Below, in pieces: positions 6,739-13,578 of a stretch of DNA of 36,729 bases; the stretch's first letter is position 1, and each line of letters opens with the position of its first letter. Origin of the DNA: Eubacteriales bacterium (GTDB lineage Bacteria > Bacillota > Clostridia > Oscillospirales > CAG-272); contig JAZSCY010000265.1 of the NCBI GenBank assembly GCA_045530875.1, forward strand, positions 1 to 36,729, written 5' to 3'. The notes under the pieces were generated by a model. The model ran no database searches and was not told the DNA's origin. It saw only the letters and a list, made by a program, of their open reading frames with translations. Made by a program: the position numbers and the translations under genes.

Positions 6739-6762
6739 ATTAAACAGAACAGGAGAAACGCT

Positions 6763-7119
6763 ATGTTTTGGAATAATTATGTAAAACTGTGTGAGCAAAA
6801 AGGAAAGACCCCAAACGCTGTTGCCGCCGAACTCGGTCTTTCGTCTGGATCAGTAACAGCATGGAAACAAGGAAGACTGCCCCGGGGTGGTACTATTGAA
6901 ATGATAGCAAGGTACTTTGAGGTAGAGCCTGCCTATCTTTTGAACGACAATGAGATAAGACACACTACCCCCACCACAGAAGACCCGCTGACCGCCCGGA
7001 TTATCACCTTATCCGAACTTCTCTCCAAAACCGACTCCGGCATTGCCAGACTGAAGATCATCGTGGAAGACATGGAGCGAGCTGCCGAACGGGAACAATC
7101 GGGGACAGAACCAAAATAA
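6763..7119 (+). CDS. CI-like XRE-family repressor (118 aa, no peptidase domain)
   Basis: KGKTPNAVAAELGLSSGSVTAWKQGRLP is an XRE HTH. AGGAG RBS. Diverges from the Cro-like gene. Confidence 0.8.
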   Translation: MFWNNYVKLCEQKGKTPNAVAAELGLSSGSVTAWKQGRLPRGGTIEMIARYFEVEPAYLLNDNEIRHTTPTTEDPLTARIITLSELLSKTDSGIARLKIIVEDMERAAEREQSGTEPK

Positions 7120-7147
7120 AAAAAGCTACCGGGGGTCATCCGGCAGC
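7111..7147 (-). terminator. Intrinsic terminator for the small minus-strand gene (also closes the CI-like gene region)
   Basis: On the minus strand it reads GCTGCCGG-atgaccc-CCGGTAGC followed by TTTTTTTATTTT. There is one mismatch in the 8-bp stem. The hairpin overlaps the stop of 7136-7303. Confidence 0.5.
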
Positions 7148-7303
7148 TTCCTCTTTGGCCAGAGCTTCAAGCCGCTCCAAAAAGGCTTCTTTACGCTCTC
7201 GTGTAAGATAAGGTAGCGCAGCCTTGATTCGTTCCACAATCTGCATACGGTATTCCTCCGTGAAGTCGCTGGTGCAATCATCTTTCATCTGAGCAGTTTT
7301 CAT
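7136..7303 (-). CDS. Small hypothetical protein (55 aa) antisense-oriented within the lysogeny module
   Basis: ATG 7303 (MKTAQMKDD...) follows AAAGGAA. A possible promoter is TTGCGG-17-TGgTATACT at 7363-7391. No family recognised. Confidence 0.4.
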   Translation of the reverse strand: MKTAQMKDDCTSDFTEEYRMQIVERIKAALPYLTRERKEAFLERLEALAKEEAAG

Positions 7304-7502
7304 GTGTATAAATTCCTTTCTGTGCGGCAGGATCATCCGGTGGATCCTTGCTCTGTACCCAGAGTATACCAGAAGCCAACAACCGCCGCAATACCCAAAC
7401 AAGGCGAATCCGACACCAAAAAATGCTCCCGCAGACGGAGCCGTAAACGATTTTTAAGAGCCGAAGCCGGTTTTTTGGCCGAAAACGGCGGAAAGAGGCC
7501 AC

Positions 7503-7985
7503 ATGGAGAATATAATAGACCGCCTGAAGGACAAAAAAAGAGAGCTGGACGTGACAAACGCCTGGATCGCAGAAAAGTCCGGTGTCCCTGAATCCACCGT
7601 GACAAAGGTGTTCAACGGCACCAACAAATCTCCGACCATTGCCACCCTCGGCCCTATCGCCGCCGCCATGGGTGTATCCATAGACGCCGGTGTGATCGTG
7701 TCCACCGACGAAACCAAACCCGGCCAGCCCATCGTGCCGGAGGATATTTATCTGAAAATGTTAATCGCCAGCTATGATAGACAGCTCGAAAACGCCGAAG
7801 CCCGGATACGCCGGAAAAACAAATGGATCCTGGCTTTTGCCATCGCATTCGCCTTGATGTTTGTCCTGCTCCTGCTGGTGATGCTGTACGACGCTACCCG
7901 CCCTGACATAGGATGGTTCCAGTATCAGGAGATGATGCGGGGGGTGTCCGTAATGGATGTACTAAGAAGAATGTTTACTGTGTGA
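7503..7985 (+). CDS. Membrane-anchored XRE-type HTH protein (160 aa)
   Basis: The N-terminal HTH is NAWIAEKSGVPESTVTKVFNG. There is one clear TM segment, WILAFAIAFALMFVLLLLVML, near the C-terminus. Confidence 0.75.
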   Translation: MENIIDRLKDKKRELDVTNAWIAEKSGVPESTVTKVFNGTNKSPTIATLGPIAAAMGVSIDAGVIVSTDETKPGQPIVPEDIYLKMLIASYDRQLENAEARIRRKNKWILAFAIAFALMFVLLLLVMLYDATRPDIGWFQYQEMMRGVSVMDVLRRMFTV

Positions 7986-7994
7986 GGTGATAGG

Positions 7995-9374
7995 ATGATA
8001 AAAACATGGCTTGTTGTAGTTGCATATCTCCTTTTTTGGCCGTTTATTCTACCTTATCATTTTGGATACAAAAAAGCAAAAAAAGAAAGCAACGCATCTG
8101 ATCATTCCGAAGAAATAAGATCGTATAAAGAAAAAATCCGGGAGCTGGAAGCAAAAAATAAAGCCCTCAAATCCTCCGCTCCTGCAGTATCTAAAAAAGA
8201 AGTTACCGATACGGATCTGGAAAAGAAAATTGCCGCACTGCAAAAAAAACTGCATAATATGCAGGAACTATACAAAGCAGTGGAATATGCGCTTCAGAAC
8301 AGCGAGTTTCTTTCTCCGGAATTATCCAAACAATATGAAGAACTCTGTCCTACGGTAATCCTTCATCTGCATTCCATGGATTCCAAAAGCCTGCAGCAGG
8401 AATTCCGTTTGAATGATAAACAGATACAAGAAACCGTTGCACAATTTGAATCCAGATACAGCACAAAAACAATAGCTGCTATCTACAAATTGATGGCTAT
8501 AGCAATGCGAGCGGAATTGCAGAATATCCTGTATGCCCTGAAGTACGAAAAACTGGACAATGCAATCTCATCTGTCCGTGAGATGACGGCCAAGTATTAC
8601 GCCATCGCCATTGAAGGGAACCAGACCATCGCCGGGACACTCAAAGAGTACATATCCAAGATAGAATATCTATTTATAAACGCAGTAAAGATCGAATACA
8701 ACTACTACGTGAAGCGGGAACAGGCCAAAGCTGAACAGGCAGCTCTCCGGGAACAGATGCGCATCGAAGCCGCTGAGCGGAAAAAGCTGGAAGAAGAACA
8801 GAAGAAAATCGAAAAGGAAGAATCCAAGTATAAGGCCGAAATTGATAAGATCAGAGAATCACTCCAGACTGCCGCAGATGCCGAACGTAAAAAGATGGAA
8901 GCACGGATCGCAGAACTGCAAAACCAGCTTGCCGAAGTTGCTGTCAAGAAGGAAGAGATCATCCATCTGCAGAACGGAAAAGCCGGAACCGTGTACATCA
9001 TCAGCAATCTGGGTGCTTTCGGCGAAAACGTATTCAAGATCGGCATGACCCGCCGTCAGGAGCCTCAGGATCGTGTGGACGAGCTGGGCGACGCCAGTGT
9101 GCCGTTCCGATTTGACGTACACAGCTTTATTTTCTCCGAAGACGCTGTAGGTTTGGAAACTGAACTGCATCACATACTGAATGAAAAGCGTGTAAACAAG
9201 GTGAATCTCCGGAAGGAGTTCTTCAATGTCACCATAGAGGAGTTGCAGGAACTTGTGTATAAACTGGATCCCACTGCATCCTTCACCACCACTATGGCAG
9301 CAGAAGAATACCGACAGTCTATGTCCGGTCAGATCTATACAAGTGATTTTGTGAGCATAACAGAAGATGAATAA
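7995..9374 (+). CDS. Membrane-anchored coiled-coil protein with DUF4041-like middle region and a C-terminal T5orf172/GIY-YIG-like nuclease domain; candidate anti-phage defence or superinfection exclusion
   Basis: The N-terminal TM is WLVVVAYLLFWPFILPY. Long Lys/Glu coiled coils follow. The C-terminus GTVYIISNLGAFGENVFKIGMTRRQEPQDRVDELGDASVPFRFDVHSFIFSEDAVGLETELHHIL...RKEFFNV is the T5orf172 signature. The gene is visibly more AT-rich than the phage backbone. Confidence 0.75.
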   Translation: MIKTWLVVVAYLLFWPFILPYHFGYKKAKKESNASDHSEEIRSYKEKIRELEAKNKALKSSAPAVSKKEVTDTDLEKKIAALQKKLHNMQELYKAVEYALQNSEFLSPELSKQYEELCPTVILHLHSMDSKSLQQEFRLNDKQIQETVAQFESRYSTKTIAAIYKLMAIAMRAELQNILYALKYEKLDNAISSVREMTAKYYAIAIEGNQTIAGTLKEYISKIEYLFINAVKIEYNYYVKREQAKAEQAALREQMRIEAAERKKLEEEQKKIEKEESKYKAEIDKIRESLQTAADAERKKMEARIAELQNQLAEVAVKKEEIIHLQNGKAGTVYIISNLGAFGENVFKIGMTRRQEPQDRVDELGDASVPFRFDVHSFIFSEDAVGLETELHHILNEKRVNKVNLRKEFFNVTIEELQELVYKLDPTASFTTTMAAEEYRQSMSGQIYTSDFVSITEDE

Positions 9375-9379
9375 CAAAC

Positions 9380-9407
9380 AAGGCAGGATCCCGCAAGACC
9401 CTGCCTT
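9380..9407 (+). terminator. Hairpin after 7995-9374 (weak terminator or attenuator before the integrase gene)
   Basis: AAGGCAGG (9380-9387) pairs with CCTGCCTT (9400-9407), followed by a short T tract. Confidence 0.35.
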
Positions 9408-9426
9408 TCCTTATAGGAGGTGCCCA

Positions 9427-10473
9427 ATGAGAAACCCAAACGGATGGGGATCCGTCCACAAACTCCCCGGAAACAGGCGCCGGCCATGGCGTGCCCGAAT
9501 CACCTCCGGATGGACTGCGGACGAAAGCGGAAAGGTCCGGCAGCAGTATAAAACTATCGGATGGTATGCCACCCGCGAGGAAGCGATGACCGCCCTTGCG
9601 GAATACAATGCCAACCCTTATGAGCTGGACGACGCAATCACCTTTGCAGAGCTGTACGACAAGTGGTCGGGCGAGAAATTCCCCACCATCAGCAAATCAA
9701 ACGTCAGCGGATACAAAGCCAGCTATAAGGTCTGCGGCGCGCTGTACAACATGAAATTTGCCGAAATCCGCCGTTCGCACCTGCAGGGTGTCATCGACAG
9801 CTGCGGAAAAGAATACCCAACCATGCGGAAGATAAAGGTATTCTTCCGCCAGATCTTCGACTACGCCATCCAGAATGATTTGTGCACCACCAACTACGGC
9901 CAGTACGTCAACATCGCCCAGTACAAACCAAAGCCCGGAGAAAAAGAAGAAAAACACAAGCCTTTCTCCGACGCAGAAATCGAAACGCTGTGGGATAATA
10001 TCGCCCGGAATGAATACATCGGTATCATCCTCATCATGATATACAGCGGCATCCGGATCGGAGAGCTGTGCCAGATCCAAAAGGAGCACGTGCATCTGGA
10101 TGAACGGTATTTTGATATTCCCAGATTTAAAACCGACGCCGGTGCCCGGAAGGTCCCGATCGCAGAGAAGGTGGTTCCGCTGTGGACGCACTGGATGAGC
10201 CTGCCGGGAGAATATTTTCTGCAGAAGCCAACCGGAGGCGGCATGGAAACGAGCACATACCGCGATACCTATTTCACGGATATACTGGAGCAGATCGAAA
10301 TGGATCATCTCCCCCACGATACCCGGCACACGTGCATCACCCTGATGCAGAGAGCAGAGGTGCCCAAAACAATAATCCGCCGCATCGTAGGCCACGCCGA
10401 CCGAGACGTGACGGATCAGGTGTATACCCATTATGAGATAAATCAGCTCATAGATGCAATCAATAAAATATAG
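9427..10473 (+). CDS. int: Tyrosine integrase (phage integrase family)
   Basis: The N-terminal SAM-like part is followed by a catalytic region with IRIGEL (Arg), HDTRHTCITLM (H-x-x-R) and GHADRDVTDQVYTHY (His...Tyr). Start set at ATG 9427, after AGGAGG. Confidence 0.9.
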   Translation: MRNPNGWGSVHKLPGNRRRPWRARITSGWTADESGKVRQQYKTIGWYATREEAMTALAEYNANPYELDDAITFAELYDKWSGEKFPTISKSNVSGYKASYKVCGALYNMKFAEIRRSHLQGVIDSCGKEYPTMRKIKVFFRQIFDYAIQNDLCTTNYGQYVNIAQYKPKPGEKEEKHKPFSDAEIETLWDNIARNEYIGIILIMIYSGIRIGELCQIQKEHVHLDERYFDIPRFKTDAGARKVPIAEKVVPLWTHWMSLPGEYFLQKPTGGGMETSTYRDTYFTDILEQIEMDHLPHDTRHTCITLMQRAEVPKTIIRRIVGHADRDVTDQVYTHYEINQLIDAINKI

Positions 10474-10577
10474 GTTTGCGTATTGTAAGAGTATTATTTG
10501 CGTATTATGCAGGATTTTCTGCAATTATTCATCGAAATTCACACCAACATTTTCACCAAAAACCGCCATAAAACAAG

Positions 10578-10615
10578 AAAAACCACCCCATATGAGGTGG
10601 TTTTGTTCTTTTCTT
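10578..10615 (+). terminator. Strong intrinsic terminator after the integrase gene
   Basis: AAAACCACC-ccatatga-GGTGGTTTT followed by GTTCTTTTCTT. Confidence 0.7.
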
Positions 10616-10706
10616 CCGGTGTTTGTTTATCTCTTTGAGAAGTTTTCAACGGAAAATAACAGTGATTTCTCTATATCAAAGAAGATTTTGAGTATTACGT
10701 GAGTTT

Positions 10707-10736
10707 AAAAAAGAAGCCCCACTCTGGAGCTTCTTT
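10707..10736 (-). terminator. Intrinsic terminator ending the minus-strand cargo operon
   Basis: On the minus strand AAGAAGC...GCTTCTT (10711-10717 with 10729-10735) is followed by a T run (plus-strand A run 10707-10710), immediately after the stop at 10739. Confidence 0.5.
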
Positions 10737-10738
10737 CG

Positions 10739-11053
10739 CTACATCTCCCGCAGCCTGCGAAGTACCGCATCATACATCCTCGGAAGCAGTACCGCCGTAG
10801 CGTCCATCATCTCATCCATCAGCATCCACACCGCTGCCGGATCCTTTGCGAGCGCCAGCGTCAGAAACTCACTGTCTGCCGGTATGTCCGGCGGTGCGGC
10901 GTTGGATACTGCGGATATATCCGATGCAGAGCCACCCGGCAGGAGTGCACGAAGCTGCAGGAGGGTTGCTGTCTTGTGGGCCGTCTCAAAATTCTTCGGC
11001 GCCCCTTCCAGTTCCTCCAGCGCCTCGTCAATATCCTGCCGGGTTATCATCAT
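10739..11053 (-). CDS. Cargo operon gene 7: hypothetical protein (104 aa)
   Basis: ATGATG at 11053-11048 overlaps the upstream TGA. AAGGGGG RBS. No family recognised. Confidence 0.6.
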   Translation of the reverse strand: MMITRQDIDEALEELEGAPKNFETAHKTATLLQLRALLPGGSASDISAVSNAAPPDIPADSEFLTLALAKDPAAVWMLMDEMMDATAVLLPRMYDAVLRRLREM

Positions 11054-11460
11054 GCGGCCCCCTTGATCCGGTGTACGATGTCCTCGATCATGTCCCACTC
11101 GTCGTCATTAAACAGATTCCGCATCTGCTCAAGTTCTTTTACGATGCGCATCTTTTCTCCGTCGTCCCGGGAATACCGGCCACGGCTGTCTCTGCGCTGG
11201 CTGTATCCGCCATCGTTGTAGGAACGTCCATCATTGTAGGATCTGCCGCCCTGGTTGTAGTGAGGCATCATGCGGCCGTCACGGTCCACAGCTTGGCTGT
11301 AGCCTCCTTCTTCCTCCAGCATACAGATTTTGTCGATGTTCTTGATGGTGTCGGTCAGCATATGGATGGTGGTTACATCACCCATAGACAAATCGTCCTT
11401 TTTGTCAAATTCCTTCAGCTCCTTTTGGAGCTTTTCTTTCATTCGCTTAAGATGTTCCAT
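11050..11460 (-). CDS. Cargo operon gene 6: helical protein with a central Gly/Tyr/Ser/Arg/Asp low-complexity segment (136 aa)
   Basis: AAGGAGGA RBS. The central segment GGYSQAVDRDGRMMPHYNQGGRSYNDGRSYNDGGYSQRRDSRGRYSRDDG is flanked by charged helical ends. Confidence 0.65.
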   Translation of the reverse strand: MEHLKRMKEKLQKELKEFDKKDDLSMGDVTTIHMLTDTIKNIDKICMLEEEGGYSQAVDRDGRMMPHYNQGGRSYNDGRSYNDGGYSQRRDSRGRYSRDDGEKMRIVKELEQMRNLFNDDEWDMIEDIVHRIKGAA

Positions 11461-11470
11461 AGGTTCCTCC

Positions 11471-11881
11471 TTAAACTGTGAGAATAGCGTTCTGCATCTC
11501 GATGGGCGTGCCGGAATCGTTGCGAATGCCGATGGTCACCGAATCACCGAAGCACACGTCAACCAGATCGTTGATCGACACGTGCCAGAACTCCCCGGCC
11601 GCCGCAGGTGTCACAATGGCGGAGGACGCCGGCAGCGGAACACCGTCCAGCAGAAGGGAGATGGTGATCGGCCCAACCGTACCGCCGTCCGGAATGGCAA
11701 CATTGGCACCGAACATGATGTGATACTGGGTTTTGCGATTCCCGCAGACACCGGATAGGCGAATCACGCCCGTCTCTGTCTGGCTCACCGCACCGCAAAT
11801 ACAGCCGTACCGTGTGGGGTTCAGCAGTGCATTCCCGCCGTCCGCAATGGTCTGCAGGGCAGGATATGTGTATTTATCCAT
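11471..11881 (-). CDS. Cargo operon gene 5: small all-beta-looking protein (136 aa), possibly a jelly-roll/C1q-TNF-like fold
   Basis: AGGAGG RBS. It has alternating hydrophobic beta-strand patterns (YHIMFGANVAI, ITISLLLDG, FWHVSINDLVDV, VTIGIRN, MQNAILTV) and N-terminal cysteines (YGCICGAV, GVCGN). Confidence 0.65.
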   Translation of the reverse strand: MDKYTYPALQTIADGGNALLNPTRYGCICGAVSQTETGVIRLSGVCGNRKTQYHIMFGANVAIPDGGTVGPITISLLLDGVPLPASSAIVTPAAAGEFWHVSINDLVDVCFGDSVTIGIRNDSGTPIEMQNAILTV

Positions 11882-11955
11882 AGATTACCTCCTGTAATAA
11901 TGTGCGGCGAGACTGTTGCCCCGCCGCTTTTTGTTACCCCGTGGGGCTGATTGGT

Positions 11956-12852
11956 TTATGCAGATGCTCTGCAGTTGCAGTTGTTGCCCCAACCGCCGCC
12001 CCAGCCGCCGAACTGAGCCTGACCGCAGCAGTTAGTGGGAAAGCTTACCGTGGTGGGCGGCTGCACGATATAGGCAGCCTGCGGGCACTCAGCACCCAGA
12101 CGCCTCAGGAGAATGGCCTGAGATGCTTCGATGGTGGCCGCGATATACGCATTCTGCTTGAGGTTCTGGTTCTCGTTTTCGACGGCGCGGTACTTTTCGG
12201 CGAGCTGGTTGTACTCGATCTGGCCGAGCTTTTCCAGGATGGCACGAGTACCAGCGTTCTGGGAATCTACGATGTCCCGGGTGTTGTCGGATGCCTGGTG
12301 TCTGGTCTCACATGCCTGTACAGCCATATCATACCGGACACCGTCGATTGCCCTGCCGGTGCTGCAGCAACAGTCGCCGATCTGACGGGCGATTTCGTTG
12401 AAGCCCTGCTGGTTCTGATACCCTTGGGAGCAGATAGCATTTTCGATGCCGTTTACGCCGGTCAAAACAGCGGTGTTGACACCATTGAAGCCCTGGCAGA
12501 GCGTCTGCTGTACCCCGGCCTGTCCCAGCTTCAGATCGTTGATCCCGCCGAGAATGGCAGAATTGTTGAATCCGGCTGCCAGATCCGCCTGAGTAGCACA
12601 GCCACAGCCGCAGTCACGGCCGCCCCATCCGCCGAAACCGTTCATCATCATCCAGGGCCACATCATGCCCATACCTCCCATCATGCCGCCGAAGCCTCCC
12701 ATGCCCATGCCGCCCCAGCCGAACATGGAAGCCAGCAAGAACACAAGGATCCATTCGCCGAAGTTTCCACCCCAGCTTCCGCCGTTGCAGTTGCCGTTCC
12801 CGGTTACAGCGGCGATGTCAGCAGGGGTCATTTCGCTTGCAGTAAGAGACAT
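11956..12852 (-). CDS. Cargo operon gene 4: membrane-associated Gly/Met/Trp-rich, Cys-rich protein with a coiled-coil segment (298 aa)
   Basis: AGGAGGAA RBS. Hydrophobic WILVFLLASMFGW is followed by GGMGMGGFGGMMGGMGMMWPWMMMNGFGGWGG. It has about 15 Cys, including CGCGC, CCC, CC and CNC clusters. A heptad-like segment is ILEKLGQIEYNQLAEKYRAVENENQNLKQN. Confidence 0.7.
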   Translation of the reverse strand: MSLTASEMTPADIAAVTGNGNCNGGSWGGNFGEWILVFLLASMFGWGGMGMGGFGGMMGGMGMMWPWMMMNGFGGWGGRDCGCGCATQADLAAGFNNSAILGGINDLKLGQAGVQQTLCQGFNGVNTAVLTGVNGIENAICSQGYQNQQGFNEIARQIGDCCCSTGRAIDGVRYDMAVQACETRHQASDNTRDIVDSQNAGTRAILEKLGQIEYNQLAEKYRAVENENQNLKQNAYIAATIEASQAILLRRLGAECPQAAYIVQPPTTVSFPTNCCGQAQFGGWGGGWGNNCNCRASA

Positions 12853-12914
12853 ATAATATTCCTCCTATGGTTAGTTAAAAGTTTTATATCACAAACCGCG
12901 GCCGCAGTGTTGTG

Positions 12915-13142
12915 TCAGAAGTGGAACATATTCCGCAGGCCGGAAAACTGCGCCTCAAAACGCTTCGCCATTGCCTGCGCCATGTTGAGATGCTCCTGCG
13001 AAATCTGGCCGGAGCCAAGCATTTCCTGCAGAATCTGGTTGGGGTCTTTTCCCTGGTTTTTTTGCATAAACTGGATAAATCCATTCTGCATACCGCTGTT
13101 CACTTCCGCAGCGGTATAATTGGTTTTAGTGGAATTAGGCAT
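12915..13142 (-). CDS. Cargo operon gene 3: small Gln/Met-rich helical protein (75 aa)
   Basis: GGAGG RBS. 8-nt overlap with the upstream gene. Confidence 0.6.
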   Translation of the reverse strand: MPNSTKTNYTAAEVNSGMQNGFIQFMQKNQGKDPNQILQEMLGSGQISQEHLNMAQAMAKRFEAQFSGLRNMFHF

Positions 13143-13575
13143 TATTTACAACCTCCGTTTCTGCCGGAACTGCCGGTGCGGGAGTCTGTGCCGGCTGTGT
13201 AGGTGCCAGAAGTGCATTTATTGCCTGCAAAAACTCCTGCCTGGTCACATATTCCGGCTTCTGGTTCTGGTCCCGGACGGTGAAATCAAGAATCATCATC
13301 GGGAGCGGTCTGCCGGACACATCTGTCCGCTTGAAATAAATGGTATCCCTGCCGGAATCCCAGAGCACAGCCGAACTGTTCGCCGCAACAAGGAATGATC
13401 TGGCGGCTTCCTCTCCTTCAACCCATATACGGTCATCCCGCATGGGCGCCGCAGGCATCTGCCCGTATCCCTGCGCCGGCTGCTGACCAAAGTTCTGCGG
13501 AGCCTGCGCATACTGTTGCGGGTACCCGAATCCTCCGTTCGGCTGATATCCGCCGTAGTAGTTGTTCCAAGACAT
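13135..13575 (-). CDS. Cargo operon gene 2: protein with a Gln/Gly/Tyr/Pro-rich N-terminus, a globular core and a Pro/Ala/Thr/Gln tail (146 aa)
   Basis: AGGAGG RBS. The N-terminus is MSWNNYYGGYQPNGGFGYPQQYAQAPQNFGQQPAQGYGQMP. Confidence 0.7.
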   Translation of the reverse strand: MSWNNYYGGYQPNGGFGYPQQYAQAPQNFGQQPAQGYGQMPAAPMRDDRIWVEGEEAARSFLVAANSSAVLWDSGRDTIYFKRTDVSGRPLPMMILDFTVRDQNQKPEYVTRQEFLQAINALLAPTQPAQTPAPAVPAETEVVNNA

Positions 13576-13578
13576 AAC

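Noticed and set aside
7304-7502. Possible extra regulatory RNA or gene in the 199-bp gap before the HTH-TM gene
   Set aside because: It contains only short ORF-track frames with no RBS, and one weak promoter-like match for the small minus-strand ORF. I found no convincing hairpin or repeat structure.
9367-9426. Upstream extension of the integrase ORF (start at 9367)
   Set aside because: It overlaps the previous gene's stop and its hairpin. ATG 9427 has a perfect AGGAGG at the correct distance.
11904-11932. GC-rich hairpin GCGGCG-N12-CGCCGC followed by TTTTT on the plus strand, between two minus-strand cargo genes
   Set aside because: It is oriented as a terminator for the plus strand, where there is no gene. 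On the minus strand it lacks a T tail. It may merely stabilise mRNA or block antisense read-through, so it is not reported as a feature.
11956-12852. Double-glycine-leader bacteriocin precursor processed by the upstream Cys-His protein
   Set aside because: The N-terminus (MSLTASEMTPADIAAVTGNG) only loosely resembles the EL..I.GG leader consensus. The protein is far larger than such bacteriocins, and no ABC exporter or immunity gene is present.
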